From positions 2,112,001-2,176,000 of the forward strand of contig CBDCDZ010000004.1 in the NCBI GenBank assembly GCA_965215565.1: DNA of 64,000 nucleotides, read 5' to 3'. Both the position numbers and the translations under genes were made by a program. Of this stretch, positions 39,386 to 50,452 are shown piece by piece. The stretch is from Trueperaceae bacterium (GTDB lineage: Bacteria; Deinococcota; Deinococci; Deinococcales; Trueperaceae). Each line of letters begins with the position of its first letter. Within the stretch, counting starts at the first letter, position 1. Below the pieces are notes generated by a model. The model was given only the letters and a program-made list of their open reading frames with translations. It ran no database searches and was not told where the DNA came from.

Positions 39386-40011
39386 GTTGCTGTGACCCGA
39401 ACGGGCTTAATGGCCTGTTCAAAGGTCCCGTTGTCGAGGCGGAGTTACGCGCGTTTAAGAAGCGCGGTCTAGGTAAGCGGCAGCGAATATTTTTAGAAAC
39501 GTTACAAGGTCATACTGAAAACCGCTCCGTTCTTGACATCGGCTGCGGTATCGGTGGGCTTGGGCTCAGTTTGCTGAAACGAGGCGCAGCGCACAGCACC
39601 TTTGTGGATGTGTCGAAGGCTTATCTGGCAGCGGCTCGAGACCTCGCCAAAGAACAAGAGGTGCGTAATAAAGCCGAGTTCACCGAAGCTGACTTCACGC
39701 GGACCGACCTCTCCTCTGCCGACATCGTCTTGCTCGACCGAGTCGTCTGCTGCTACCCGGACGCGCCCAAACTGCTCCGCAAAGCGGCAGGGCACAGCCA
39801 AACTCACCTCATCTTTAGCTATCCGCGCCCGGCCTGGTGGATGAAGGTCTCTATGCACCTCTTGAACCTCGGAATGCGCGTGTGGCGCAAGGAGTACCGT
39901 TTTTATGTCCATGATGAGGACGCACTTTTAGAAGCGGCGAAGTCTAGTGGGCACATCTTCAGAGAAAGACAAAGTGCTGGCGTTTGGCGTATCGCAGTGT
40001 TTGAACGCTAA
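39382..40011 (+). CDS. Class I SAM-dependent methyltransferase
   Basis: VLDIGCGIG, DRVVCCYPD. Confidence 0.88.
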   Translation: MSCCDPNGLNGLFKGPVVEAELRAFKKRGLGKRQRIFLETLQGHTENRSVLDIGCGIGGLGLSLLKRGAAHSTFVDVSKAYLAAARDLAKEQEVRNKAEFTEADFTRTDLSSADIVLLDRVVCCYPDAPKLLRKAAGHSQTHLIFSYPRPAWWMKVSMHLLNLGMRVWRKEYRFYVHDEDALLEAAKSSGHIFRERQSAGVWRIAVFER

Positions 40012-41321
40012 TTCATGATGATGAATTCAAGTTCGACAGGACCATTCACATAGACGCTTTCTCGCGCCACCGCGCCGATGACCACCGTTCCGTCCAAGCG
40101 AGAGAGCCAGGAGGAGAAGCTGTCGAATTCAGCCGGACTCGGCGCGGGGCGCACCTGCTCGAAAAGCCCGATGCGCTGCAACCGGCCGGTCGTCTCCTGT
40201 GTGAGCCGGGCAACCTCCGCGCGGATGTTGTCGCGGCTCACGGGTGCGCCCTCTGAGCCCAAGTAGACCTGGCGGCTCGAGATAAGCTGTCCCTTTTCCA
40301 GGAGCTTGAGGTTTTCGTACGCCTCGACTTCAACCTGCACGTCTTCTAAGCCGAAACGGTCCGCGCTCGAGACGAGCACCACCAAGTCCTCACCCGGTGA
40401 GGCGACTAGTGCTTCGGTCAGGCTGTCCACCTGGTCACGGCGCAAGATGATTTCGCCCGCGCCTTGACCCGCAGTGGCGCGGTTCGCCTCTTGCACGTAA
40501 GTTCCGAGCGCTTCACGCACCGCGCCCGGCTCTTGCGCGGCGATGGGTTGGCTGTAGACGATTTCGCCGCGCCGATAGGTGAGCTGGCCGCCCTGCACGG
40601 CTTCAATCTGTTCCCTAGCCTCCACGAGCCGCTGCGCCTGCCGCTGCGAATCGCGCTGCAGCGCACCGAGTTGATTTTGCAAGGTCACGACTTCGTTGCT
40701 GAGTCCATTCACATTGTCTCTAAACGTCGCGTTTTCGGCTGCTAAACCTTCGTTAGCAACTTGTAAGCTGCGGTTCTCTTGCTCCAACGCTTCATTTGAC
40801 TCTCCCAAGGCGGTGCGCTGCGCTTCTAAGCTACTCACCTCAACCCCTAAGTTGCTTGCACGTCGGCGCAACGTGCCGAGTTCTTGGCCCAACGAAATCT
40901 GTGTGGTTCGGAGTTGGCTCGTCTCGGCTAGCGCGTCGTCCCTCGCTGTCTCGGCGCTCTGAATGATCCGCTGCGCTTCGGCGAGTTGCGTCTGGCTCGC
41001 CTCGATCTCTTGACGCAGCCGCGCCGTCTCAGACTGCAGCGCGTTTCTCTCTCGGCTCAGCGCCCGCAACTCCTGCGAGACCTGTTGCGCGTTTAGAAGC
41101 GCGTTCGCCGCGCCGCGAAAGGCCACTGACAAAATGCCCAGCGTCGAGAGCATAATGAGGATGCCCGCCGTGACCCCGACGACTTGTCCCGTGCGTTTAG
41201 GACGCCACCCGAAGAGGCTCAAACGCCGCCGCCCTACCGTTGTCCCGAGCACGTCACCCGCGTACGCAATCACGCCTGCGAGCGCAGTGAGCAGTAAGAA
41301 GAGGGCTAGAGTGTAGATCAT
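40008..41321 (-). CDS. DUF3084-type coiled-coil membrane protein
   Basis: GVIAYAGD.LG..GRRRLSLFG.RP..T, followed by a long coiled coil; lies downstream of lptB. Confidence 0.85.
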   Translation of the reverse strand: MIYTLALFLLLTALAGVIAYAGDVLGTTVGRRRLSLFGWRPKRTGQVVGVTAGILIMLSTLGILSVAFRGAANALLNAQQVSQELRALSRERNALQSETARLRQEIEASQTQLAEAQRIIQSAETARDDALAETSQLRTTQISLGQELGTLRRRASNLGVEVSSLEAQRTALGESNEALEQENRSLQVANEGLAAENATFRDNVNGLSNEVVTLQNQLGALQRDSQRQAQRLVEAREQIEAVQGGQLTYRRGEIVYSQPIAAQEPGAVREALGTYVQEANRATAGQGAGEIILRRDQVDSLTEALVASPGEDLVVLVSSADRFGLEDVQVEVEAYENLKLLEKGQLISSRQVYLGSEGAPVSRDNIRAEVARLTQETTGRLQRIGLFEQVRPAPSPAEFDSFSSWLSRLDGTVVIGAVARESVYVNGPVELEFIIMN

Positions 41322-41403
41322 AGCGGGGCGCGACCTTTCGTACGGATTCCGATTGATTCTCAATCAATCAGAGCGTTGAACAACCCTTAGAAATTAGCAC
41401 ACT

Positions 41404-41517
41404 TAGAGCGGTTCCACAACATAACGAGAGAAAGTGCCGCAGATATCATCTTATAATGTGCGTGCTATACATCGCGCTAGAGAGTGAGAGTGTTCCAAAC
41501 CAGATGATACCTGCTAT
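41404..41517 (+). repeat. ~110-bp MITE-like repeat copy
   Basis: CGCAGATATCATC..TGTGCGTGCTA..CAAACCAGATGATACCTGCTAT. Confidence 0.8.
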
Positions 41518-42320
41518 CAGAGCTGAAAGTCACTCCCCAAGTAGTAGGTGCGTACGTTCTCATCCTCAGCAAAGGCTTCGGGCGTGCCCTCGAACTGCAC
41601 CTTGCCGTCGAACATGAGGTAGACCCTGTCGGCAATCGCGAGCGTTTCGCGGACGCTGTGGTCGGTTAGCAGCACACCTAAGCCGCGCCGCTCGCGCAAG
41701 TCAGCGACTAAGAGCTGAATCTCGCGGATGGACTTAGGGTCTACACCCGTAAAGGGCTCGTCCAAGAGGATAAAAGCCGGGTCAATCGTGAGGCTGCGGG
41801 CGATCTCCAAGCGCCGCCTTTCGCCGCCAGAAAGCGTATCGGCACGGCTATCTGCTAAAGAGGTCAAGCCAAATTCTTCTAAAAGCTCATCTGCTCGCTG
41901 CTCTTGCTTCCATTTTTTAAGGTTCTGATACTCCAAGACCGCCATGAGGTTGTCGCGTACACTTAACTTACGAAAGGCGCTCGGCTCCTGCGCCAAGTAA
42001 CCGAGTCCGCGCCGCGCCCGCTTGTACATGGGCCAAGAGGTAATGTTCTCCTCGCCCAAAAAGATGCGCCCCGCGTTCGGTCTGACAAAGCCCACCATCA
42101 TGTAGAAAGAGGTCGTTTTGCCCGCGCCGTTCGGCCCTAAGAGCGCGACGATTTCGCCCGGCTCCAAGCGAAAGTCCACGCCCTTGACGACGGTGCGCCC
42201 GCCGTACTTCTTCATCAAACCTGTTGCGTAAAGGGAAGGTCCCTTTTTCGCAACCTCGACCTCATCAATTAAATTTTCTTCGGTGACGCCCTCTTCAGGA
42301 GCCTGAACGCTCATAGACAT
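41517..42320 (-). CDS. lptB: LptB-family ABC ATPase
   Basis: [51 protein letters not shown]. Confidence 0.93.
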   Translation of the reverse strand: MSMSVQAPEEGVTEENLIDEVEVAKKGPSLYATGLMKKYGGRTVVKGVDFRLEPGEIVALLGPNGAGKTTSFYMMVGFVRPNAGRIFLGEENITSWPMYKRARRGLGYLAQEPSAFRKLSVRDNLMAVLEYQNLKKWKQEQRADELLEEFGLTSLADSRADTLSGGERRRLEIARSLTIDPAFILLDEPFTGVDPKSIREIQLLVADLRERRGLGVLLTDHSVRETLAIADRVYLMFDGKVQFEGTPEAFAEDENVRTYYLGSDFQL

Positions 42321-42376
42321 AACCGATGCTATCACGCGGAGTTTGAGAAGTCCTTATTAGATTCAACAAGGGTTTT

Positions 42377-42967
42377 TCACACTGCGCTGGGTTCGGGTTG
42401 AGCTTGCCAAAGTTGTGCGTCAGTCGCCCAGGAATCTACGAGGATGAGCATACCGGCACACCAGACGGTTAGAAGAGGTTGAAATCCACCGAAAAACGCA
42501 AAAGGCATGTGAAGAAGTATAGAGGGAAAGAGAAAGGGTAACGTGCCTGCTTGCGCCAGCACCCCCCCGAAGATCAGGCTCTGCCGCACTGCCCGTGTAG
42601 ACCTGAACCCCCTCAAGATGAACCACGCACAAGCAACCGTCAGACCGCCCGTTGCTCCGGCTAAAACAAAAGCTGTGAGAAAACCAACGAACGTGGCGGT
42701 ATCCTCTGACGCCCTCCCTCCGTAAAAGACACTAAGAATGAGTAGTCCGCCTATAAAAGCCGCCAAAAAAGCGAGCACGCTTCCGAAAGAACATAAGAGT
42801 AGGGCAAGGACACGACGCCACCAACTCGCTCGCCCGCCAAGCCCTAGAAGTGCAACCCCGAAGAGCAGGCCTGTGAAGGCGAGTTGCGTAACGCTACCGG
42901 GAAGGAAGAAAAAGACGGGCAGAAGCCCGGTTGCGCCACCTAAAAGCCCGATAAGAAGACGCCGCAT
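42377..42967 (-). CDS. Hypothetical integral membrane protein
   Basis: 196 aa with about 6 hydrophobic segments; TACTCT lies 6 nt upstream. Confidence 0.65.
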   Translation of the reverse strand: MRRLLIGLLGGATGLLPVFFFLPGSVTQLAFTGLLFGVALLGLGGRASWWRRVLALLLCSFGSVLAFLAAFIGGLLILSVFYGGRASEDTATFVGFLTAFVLAGATGGLTVACAWFILRGFRSTRAVRQSLIFGGVLAQAGTLPFLFPSILLHMPFAFFGGFQPLLTVWCAGMLILVDSWATDAQLWQAQPEPSAV

Positions 42968-43065
42968 ACTTTTAGAGTACGCGGACCTTGGCTAGTTTGC
43001 AGTGACGGATAAGTCGGTAAAAGAGGGGCTCGAGCCTAAACTCGAGCCTCTCTCAACACCATTTC

Positions 43066-43159
43066 GTAGAGGCGGGTTTAAAATCCGCCTCTACACGCTA
43101 CCGCGTTCTCTGCACCTCTTGGCGGTGCTTCGTAGAGGCGATTCATGAATCGCCCCTAC
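43066..43159. repeat. Doublet of GTAG-type REP palindromes
   Basis: GTAGAGGCGGGTTTAAAATCCGCCTCTAC (43066-43094) and GTAGAGGCGATTCATGAATCGCCCCTAC (43132-43159). Confidence 0.8.
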
Positions 43160-43196
43160 GCAACTACCTGTACCTACGGTAAAAATCTACTGCGAA

Positions 43197-44669
43197 TCAT
43201 CCCTCAACCGACATTAAGAAGGGGTCTTCGATGATGTCGCACAAAAGGCGCATAAACCGCGCCGCGTTCGCCCCGTCGATGAGGCGGTGGTCATAGGTCA
43301 CGGACATCGGCATCATCATCTTAGGCTCAAAGGTCTCTTTTTCTTTGTTCCACACGGGCTCGACACTGCCGCGTGACACGCCGATAATCGCCACATCGGG
43401 CGGATTCACGATGGGCGTGAAGTTCGTACCGCCGACGCCGCCCAGGTTCGAGATGCTCAGGTTGCCGCCCTTCATATCGTCGGGTCCAAGCTTGCGGGCC
43501 CTGGCTTTCTCCGCCATCTCGTCTAAGTCTAACGCGAGTTGGATGATGCCCTTTTTGTTCACGTCGCGAATCACAGGGACGAGTAAACCCTGCTCGGTGT
43601 CTACCGCCACGCCGATATTGACGTAGTGTTTGTAGACGACCTCGTTGTTCTCGGTGTCTAAGCTCGCGTTGAACTTGGGGTACTTCTTCACTGCGCCCGC
43701 CACCATCTTGAGGAGGAGCGCGGTCGGCGTGAGTTTGACGCCCGCCTCTTGCGCCCGCTCCTGGTACTTCTTGCGCATGGCGTTGAACTGGGTGATGTCC
43801 GCTTTGTCGAAATGCGTGACCATCGGCACGACCGACCACGCCGTGCTCATCGAGCGCACCGTCGCCTTGCGGATGCCGCTCATGGGCTCGCGGGAGGTCT
43901 CGCCGAACTTGCTGAAGTCGGGCAGGGGCGGCGCGGAAGGCGCTTGCTGCTGCCCTTGTGACGGTTGCTTCTGCGAGGACTTCGCATCCTCTTTTGTCGT
44001 GCCGTCCTCGGCGTAGCGCTTCACATCCTCAGCGGAGATGCGCCCTGCGACGCCCGAGCCCGAAACCTCTTGTAAGCTGACGCCCAGCTCCCGCGCTAAA
44101 CGCCGCACGGAGGGGGCAGCGGGGATAGTCTGCTTGTCCTCTTCGGGGACTTCGTAGGAGTCGGGGGCTTCTTGGGCTCCCTCGGCGCTGTCCGCGTCAG
44201 ATGCCTGCTGAATGTCTTTCTCTTCCTCGTCCACGCTCTCGGAGGTTTCGTCGTCCGAGGTGCTATCATCGGCGCTCTCGTCGCTCGAGGTTTCCTGCGT
44301 AGCCGAACCTTCATCGCCAGAAGCTTCCTGCGTGTCCGAGCTGTCCTCTTCGTCCGCATCATCTTCATCTGCGCCGTCATCAGCGCTCGCCTCGGCTCCA
44401 CCCTCATCTCCGTCAGCGTCCCCGTCTTCGTCGGGCTCGCCGATGGTGAGCACCACATCGCCTATCGCGACCTCGTCGTTTTCCGAGACCTTGATCTCTT
44501 TGACCGTGCCGCTGACCGACGAAGGAACTTCGACGACGGCTTTGTCGGTCTCGAGTTCTAAAACGGGCTGGTCCTCTTCGACCTTATCGCCCACTGACAC
44601 GAGCACGCCGACGACAGTGCCCGATTCGATGCCTTCGCCGACGTCGGGTAGTTTGAATTCAGTAGCCAC
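43197..44669 (-). CDS. aceF: Pyruvate dehydrogenase E2, dihydrolipoamide acetyltransferase
   Basis: Lipoyl ETDKA, PSBD AAPSVRRLARE, catalytic DHRLIDG. Confidence 0.95.
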   Translation of the reverse strand: MATEFKLPDVGEGIESGTVVGVLVSVGDKVEEDQPVLELETDKAVVEVPSSVSGTVKEIKVSENDEVAIGDVVLTIGEPDEDGDADGDEGGAEASADDGADEDDADEEDSSDTQEASGDEGSATQETSSDESADDSTSDDETSESVDEEEKDIQQASDADSAEGAQEAPDSYEVPEEDKQTIPAAPSVRRLARELGVSLQEVSGSGVAGRISAEDVKRYAEDGTTKEDAKSSQKQPSQGQQQAPSAPPLPDFSKFGETSREPMSGIRKATVRSMSTAWSVVPMVTHFDKADITQFNAMRKKYQERAQEAGVKLTPTALLLKMVAGAVKKYPKFNASLDTENNEVVYKHYVNIGVAVDTEQGLLVPVIRDVNKKGIIQLALDLDEMAEKARARKLGPDDMKGGNLSISNLGGVGGTNFTPIVNPPDVAIIGVSRGSVEPVWNKEKETFEPKMMMPMSVTYDHRLIDGANAARFMRLLCDIIEDPFLMSVEG

Positions 44670-44683
44670 TAGAACCCCTCTCG

Positions 44684-44790
44684 AGCAGGTATCATCTCGT
44701 CATAGCCGTGTGCCAAGATGGAAAGAGCTTAACGCGTACGTTAAAGGATGATACCTGCGCACTTCCACCTCAATGTGACAGTAAACCTAA
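44684..44790 (-). repeat. ~110-bp MITE-like repeat copy inside the aceE-aceF intergenic region
   Basis: AGCAGGTATCATC...GGATGATACCTGCG. Confidence 0.75.
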
Positions 44791-44834
44791 CATGAAGAGG
44801 TAGACATTGTGGCGTCTACCTCATTTAGTTCGCG

Positions 44835-47546
44835 TTACGCGATGTGCGGGTTGCGCTTGTCCGGGTCGATGCCCAGGTCCTCGATAGCTTTAGCGACATC
44901 TTCAGCGTCGTAGTCGCCCTCTTGCGCTAACGCTTGCAAGGTTGCTACGACGATGTGCCGCGCGTCCACCTCGAAGTGGTCGCGAAGCTCTTCGCGCGCC
45001 TCACTGCGCCCGAAGCCGTCCGTACCGAGTGAAACCATCGGCTTGGGCAGGTGCTTGGCAAGCGCGTCGGGTAGGATTTTCATGTAGTCCGAGGCGGCGA
45101 CGAACACGCCCTTGGCGTCCTTGAGTTTGTTGTAAACGTAGGAGGTGCGGGGCTCCTCATCGGGGTGGAGGCGGTTGTAGCGCTCCACTTGCAAGGCGTC
45201 TTCGTGGAGTTCCTTGTAAGAGGTCACGCTCCACACGTCGGCAGCGACTTTATAGTCTTCCGCCAACATCTCCTGCGCCTTTAAGACCTCGTTCATGATT
45301 GCGCCACTGCCGAAGAGTTGCGCTTTGAGCTTCGAACGTTTGCGCTCAGAGGGCTTGAACTTGTACATCCCCTTGAGGATGCCCTCCTCGAGTTCTTCGC
45401 GCTCCAGGTGCTCCGGCGCGGCGGGCATCGCGTAGTTCTCGTTGCCCACGGTAAGGTAGTAGAAGAGGTCCTCTTGCTCCTCGTACATGCGGCGGATGCC
45501 CTCGCGGACGACGGTAGCGAGTTCGTACGCGAACGCCGGGTCGTACGCCTTCACGTTCGGTACGACGTACATCAGCACGTGCGAGTGACCGTCCTGGTGC
45601 TGCAAACCTTCGCCCGCTAAGGTGGTGCGCCCCGCTGTGCCGCCGATCATGAAGCCCTTTGCCTTCATGTCGCCGGCTGCCCAGACGAAGTCGCCGATGC
45701 GCTGGTAGCCGAACATCGAGTAGTAGATGTAGAAGGGAATCGTGTTGATACCGTGCGTGGCGTACGCGGTGCCCGCCGCTAAGAACGACGACATCGAGCC
45801 CGCCTCGGTGATGCCCTCCTCTAAAATTTGCCCGTCCTGCGACTCCTTGTAGTACAGGAGGTTGTCCGCGTCCACGGGCTCGTAGAGTTGCCCGGCGTGC
45901 GCGTAGATACCGATCTGACGGAAGAGCGCGTCCATTCCGAAGGTCCGCGCTTCGTCGGGGATAATCGGCACGATGAACTTGCCAATCTCCTTGTCGCGGA
46001 GGAACTTGCCCAGGACGCGCACCATGACCATCGTGGTAGAAACCGGACGTCCGTCGGTGCCTTTCATGAATTCGTCTAGAATCTTTTTGTCGGGCGTTTG
46101 AATCGGCTCACTCTTTACAGAGCGCGCGGGCAAGCCGCCGCCTAACTTGCCGCGCTGCTCGGTCAGGTATTCGTACAACTCCGAGTCTTTCTCAGGGCGG
46201 TGAAAGGGATACTTAGCGATCTCGTCGTCGTCGATGGGGATGTTGAAGCGGTCACGGAAGGCTTTCATCTCCTCCTCGTTGAGCTTTTTCTGGTTGTGGG
46301 TGATGTTCATACCCTCGCCCGCTTCGCCTAAACCGTAGCCCTTGACAGTCCGCGCCAGGATGACGGTCGGTTTATCTTTGGTCTCCGTCGCCGCTTTGTA
46401 CGCCGCGTAGACCTTGCGAGGGTCGTGTCCGCCCCGGTTGAGCTTGCCCAACTTCTCGTCGTCCCAGTCTTCGATGAGCTTTTTCAGCTCGGGGGTGTTG
46501 AAGAAGTTTTCGCGCAACTCTTCCGCGCCGTAGGCGGCGTAGCGCTGCGACTCGCCGTCTACGAGTTGCTCGAAACGCTTTAGTAGGACGCCCTTGGTAT
46601 CCTTCTCTAAAAGCTCGTCCCACTTGCCGCCCCAGGTGACTTTGATGACGTTCCAACCTGCACCACGGAAACTCGCCTCGAGCTCCTGAATCACCTTGCT
46701 GTTGCCACGCACGGGTCCGTCTAAGCGCTGCAAGTTGCAGTTGATGACCCAGATGAGGTTGTCGAGCTGCTCTCGAGACGCCAAGCCGATCGCGCCCAAG
46801 GTTTCAGGCTCGTCGGTCTCACCGTCGCCCAAGAACGCCCACACCTTCGCGTCGTTCTCCTCTTTGAGCCCTCTATCCACCAGGTAGTTGTTAAAGCGCG
46901 CCTGATAGATGGACATGATCGGCGCGAGCCCCATCGAGACGGTCGGGAACTGCCAGAAGTTCGGCATGAGCCAGGGGTGCGGATACGATGATAAACCTGG
47001 CTCGTCCTGGAGTTCGCGGCGGAAGTTGCGGAGCCGCTCCACGTCGTAGCGGTACTCTAAGTACGCCCGCGCGTAGATACCGGGGCTCGCGTGACCCTGA
47101 ATGTAGACCATGTCCGCGTCCGAGCCTGCGTCGGGCCCGCGGAAGAAGTGGTTGAAGCCGACCTCGTAGAGCGTCGCCGCTGATGCGTACGTCGAGATGT
47201 GCCCGCCGATGCCGTCCGACATCTTGTTCGCCCGCACAACCATCGCCATCGCGTTCCAGCGCAAGAGGTTGCGAATCAGGCGCTCTTTCTCCAAGTCACC
47301 GGGGTACTCGGGCTGCTCCTCCGCCGGGATGGTGTTGATGTAGGGCGTGTTCGCCGTAAAGGGGATGTCCACGCCGAAGCGGTGCGCGTGGGTCTCCAAG
47401 CGCTCCAAAATCTCCTGGACGCGCTCCTTGCCCGCGCTCTCCAGCACGTAATCTAGGGACTCGAGCCACTCGCGCATCTCCACGTCGTTGAGCTTCTCGT
47501 GCTCTTCCGGGTCTAGCTTTTCACTTCTTTTAGTTACGTCAGCCAC
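44835..47546 (-). CDS. aceE: Pyruvate dehydrogenase E1 (homodimeric type)
   Basis: [42 protein letters not shown]. Confidence 0.97.
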   Translation of the reverse strand: MADVTKRSEKLDPEEHEKLNDVEMREWLESLDYVLESAGKERVQEILERLETHAHRFGVDIPFTANTPYINTIPAEEQPEYPGDLEKERLIRNLLRWNAMAMVVRANKMSDGIGGHISTYASAATLYEVGFNHFFRGPDAGSDADMVYIQGHASPGIYARAYLEYRYDVERLRNFRRELQDEPGLSSYPHPWLMPNFWQFPTVSMGLAPIMSIYQARFNNYLVDRGLKEENDAKVWAFLGDGETDEPETLGAIGLASREQLDNLIWVINCNLQRLDGPVRGNSKVIQELEASFRGAGWNVIKVTWGGKWDELLEKDTKGVLLKRFEQLVDGESQRYAAYGAEELRENFFNTPELKKLIEDWDDEKLGKLNRGGHDPRKVYAAYKAATETKDKPTVILARTVKGYGLGEAGEGMNITHNQKKLNEEEMKAFRDRFNIPIDDDEIAKYPFHRPEKDSELYEYLTEQRGKLGGGLPARSVKSEPIQTPDKKILDEFMKGTDGRPVSTTMVMVRVLGKFLRDKEIGKFIVPIIPDEARTFGMDALFRQIGIYAHAGQLYEPVDADNLLYYKESQDGQILEEGITEAGSMSSFLAAGTAYATHGINTIPFYIYYSMFGYQRIGDFVWAAGDMKAKGFMIGGTAGRTTLAGEGLQHQDGHSHVLMYVVPNVKAYDPAFAYELATVVREGIRRMYEEQEDLFYYLTVGNENYAMPAAPEHLEREELEEGILKGMYKFKPSERKRSKLKAQLFGSGAIMNEVLKAQEMLAEDYKVAADVWSVTSYKELHEDALQVERYNRLHPDEEPRTSYVYNKLKDAKGVFVAASDYMKILPDALAKHLPKPMVSLGTDGFGRSEAREELRDHFEVDARHIVVATLQALAQEGDYDAEDVAKAIEDLGIDPDKRNPHIA

Positions 47547-47764
47547 TTGCGTCTCCTCTCCTGCTCGTTTCGGTTTTTCGTCTTGACTTCGCTTACTCAG
47601 TTCATCTGTAAGGTTGGTTCAGCTCAATTCAATCTCACAGCCAGTTGTGTCTACTCTACGCCCCACTATGACACAAAACCTTTGTCCTAAGCTGCAATCA
47701 CGCGGTTGGCGAGTCTCTAAAGAACTCAATAAGATAAGGGGAGAATGAGGAGATAAACTAGCGT

Positions 47765-48196
47765 GTGTCTCTAATTTTTACCTTACACCTCGCCACGACG
47801 CTCTTCATGACGGGCGTCATCTGGTTCGTGCAAATCGTCCACTACCCTCTCTTTAGTGGCGTGGGCGAAGCGAACTTTGCCGCCTATGAGGGGCGGCATA
47901 CGTGGCTGACGGGTTTAGTCGTCGCACCGCCGATGCTCTTGGAGCTTGCAACAGGCGCGGCACTTCTTTGGCGTCGTCCCGAAGAGGTCTCCCTACAAGA
48001 GGTCATCGTCGGACTCGCCCTACTAGGCGTCATCTGGTTTTCTACGTACCTCTTACAGATTCCGCGCCACACGGTTTTAGGTGAAGGCTTCGACGTAACG
48101 GCGCACCGTGAACTCGTTTTAACGAATTGGCTGCGCACCATAGCTTGGAGCCTCCGCGCAGGACTCGTGCTCTGGTGGGTAAACCGGCTTTTGTAG
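47765..48196 (+). CDS. Conserved hypothetical 4-TM protein
   Basis: GVIWFVQIVHYPLF..QIPRH..NWLRT. Confidence 0.78.
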   Translation: MSLIFTLHLATTLFMTGVIWFVQIVHYPLFSGVGEANFAAYEGRHTWLTGLVVAPPMLLELATGAALLWRRPEEVSLQEVIVGLALLGVIWFSTYLLQIPRHTVLGEGFDVTAHRELVLTNWLRTIAWSLRAGLVLWWVNRLL

Positions 48197-48365
48197 AACA
48201 GCTCACGTGAAACACGTGAAAACGAAAGGTGTCCCGTTTTGTGTACATGTGAACATGCATCTCTTTCGCTCACAGTCTTCGCCTAATCCCCTACACAAAA
48301 CGTGGTACACCGCCAAAAACAAAAGGAGGGTTTCCCCTCCTCAGCGGACTCTTGCGAAGCTGGAG

Positions 48366-48614
48366 TTACGTTCGGCTCGTTACAGCCTTGACGATGAACA
48401 GCAGCACCACCGCGCCGACGATCGCCACTAGAATGCTGTAAATATTAAAACCTGTGACGCCAGACGCGCCGAAAGCGTTGAAGATAAATCCGCCGACAAA
48501 CGCGCCGACAATGCCCACGACTATGTCGAGCAAGATGCCCTGATTCGACTTGACGATGAGACTGGCAACCCAACCTGCGATTGCGCCTAAGATGATCCAC
48601 AGCAGAATATTCAT
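48366..48614 (-). CDS. GlsB/YeaQ/YmgE family stress-response membrane protein
   Basis: WIILGAIAGWVA..DIVVGIVGAFVGG. Confidence 0.92.
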   Translation of the reverse strand: MNILLWIILGAIAGWVASLIVKSNQGILLDIVVGIVGAFVGGFIFNAFGASGVTGFNIYSILVAIVGAVVLLFIVKAVTSRT

Positions 48615-48808
48615 GTTTCTCCTTTATGAGGTCGAGAGGTGTTCGGAGTTTAAGACGCTATGTTCGCGTTATGTTCAAGACGTTGTGCGCTTCGAGCCTG
48701 CCCCCTTTGATCGTTGGATTAATAGATGTTTTAATATTACCTTCAACATCCTATTGATACTGTAATGTGAGAAAAACAACATTAGCTTAGCGTACAGACA
48801 TGCTTTCA

Positions 48809-49033
48809 TTAACTCAGTTTGCGCACGAACCAGGCGAGTCCATTAATAACAAAGGTTAGCACGACGCTCACGACGAGCATAGAGGTTAGCGGAACGAAGA
48901 GAGAAAAGCCTTCACGTTGAACGCGGATGTCGCCGGGTAGTTGTCCAAACCAACTGAGCGCTCTAGGAAAGAGCAGCCAGAGAGCGCCTGCTACGACGAA
49001 GACCAGACCGATGAGGATGAGAACTCGAGCCAC
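48809..49033 (-). CDS. DUF2905 family protein
   Basis: FGQLPGDIRV..FVPLTSM. Confidence 0.88.
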   Translation of the reverse strand: MARVLILIGLVFVVAGALWLLFPRALSWFGQLPGDIRVQREGFSLFVPLTSMLVVSVVLTFVINGLAWFVRKLS

Positions 49034-49036
49034 CTC

Positions 49037-50122
49037 TTAACCCCCTTCCGAGCGGATAACCTCGCCACGCTCTAACGCCTCTTGTGCCATGAACGCGGGG
49101 AGGAGTCCTTCTAACCCCATTCTCGCGTCACAGTAGACCTCTTCCTCGCCGCGCACCACTCTAATGAACGCCTCGTGCTGCGCCACACTGCCGTGATGGA
49201 CAGGTTCCTCCACACCTTCAGGGTGCGTCACCTCAAAGGTTTGGACCTTATCCGCTGTTTGCACCTCCAACACCTTACGGTCTTCGTGCGCGGTGAGCAA
49301 GCCCCCGTCGCCGAAAACGCCCACCTCCAAGCGGTGACGAAAGGGCGCAGTGAAGGAGATGCTCAGGGTGGCTTGTGCGCCGCCACTGAACTCGAGCCCT
49401 ACAACCGCGTTGTCAGGAACGTCCGTCCTCTCCACACGCCACCGCTTGCCGATAATGTCGGTCACAGTCGTCCCGTCTCGAATAAGCGCTTGCGTGCCAA
49501 ACGCCGACGCCGCCACCACGCGCTGACCCAAAAACCAGTTGAACAGGTCGAAGTGGTGGCAGTTTTTTTCGGCGAACACGCCGCCTGTTCTCGAGGAGAG
49601 GTAGCGCCACGCAGCGGGTAAAGGGCGGCGGAACTCATGACAGTACGCCAGGCGCGGCGTGTCAACGGCTCCCTCATCAATCATCTGTTTCATCCGCTGG
49701 AAGAGGTGTGAGTAGCGAAAGACGTAGCCGACTTGCAGGGCTAAACCCGTTTCTTCTTGCACGCCCACGAGGTCTTCGGCTTCTTTCCGCGTCGTCGCCA
49801 TCGGCTTCTCCAAAAAGACGTGTTTGCCCGCGCGGAGTGCCGCCGCTGCCAACTTTGCGTGGCTGTCGTTTGGGGTAGCGATGAGTATAACGTCCAGGTC
49901 TCTCCTAGCCAACACCTCATTCACTTCGCTGTGAAAGTCCACCGGATGACCTAAAACCTCCTCAGCCAGTTGCTTTTGGGAGGGCAAAAGGTCAGTTATG
50001 GCAACAACTTCCGCGTCGGGGAGTGAACGGAGCACGGGCAGATGTTCACGCAGCGCGATGTCACCGCAACCGATGACGCCGTAGCAGATAGGCTGTGAAG
50101 AGGACATGTGCGAAGGAGACAT
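49037..50122 (-). CDS. Gfo/Idh/MocA family oxidoreductase
   Basis: GVIGCG, ATPN..H, HVFLEKP, GG...EK.CH.FD. Confidence 0.92.
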   Translation of the reverse strand: MSPSHMSSSQPICYGVIGCGDIALREHLPVLRSLPDAEVVAITDLLPSQKQLAEEVLGHPVDFHSEVNEVLARRDLDVILIATPNDSHAKLAAAALRAGKHVFLEKPMATTRKEAEDLVGVQEETGLALQVGYVFRYSHLFQRMKQMIDEGAVDTPRLAYCHEFRRPLPAAWRYLSSRTGGVFAEKNCHHFDLFNWFLGQRVVAASAFGTQALIRDGTTVTDIIGKRWRVERTDVPDNAVVGLEFSGGAQATLSISFTAPFRHRLEVGVFGDGGLLTAHEDRKVLEVQTADKVQTFEVTHPEGVEEPVHHGSVAQHEAFIRVVRGEEEVYCDARMGLEGLLPAFMAQEALERGEVIRSEGG

Positions 50123-50452
50123 AAGGTAGTGTAACGGCTTCTCTTTGCTCAGGTTTTAATGTGAAGAGGTGGCGGGAGGCAGAAGAACTTATCTATCGAA
50201 CTCGGCACGAAACCTACTGACTTCTGGATTCTAGCTACTGACTACTCCGCCTTCCGATGTGAACTTCGTTAAACCCGCCATGTTTTACACCGCTTACCTT
50301 TTAATCTCAGAGTTTTGTATCGTACATTGAGTTGAGGAGACGCCGAAGCGTCAGACTAGAGAGACATTTGCCACTAGCGGGCGTTCGCGCCGCACTGTGT
50401 AATGTCACTAGACGTAATGTCATTAGAATCAATTGAGGAGACGAACTCACCC

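Noticed and set aside
44096..44751. Long alternative-frame ORFs over aceF, and similar shadow ORFs throughout the track
   Set aside because: Antisense or frame shadows of GC-rich genes and low-complexity linkers, with no recognisable motifs.
48669..48685. TTATGTTCAAGACGTTG resembling the Deinococcus RDRM (DdrO box)
   Set aside because: The right half-site is mismatched and the downstream gene is not a known regulon member; too weak without a PWM scan.
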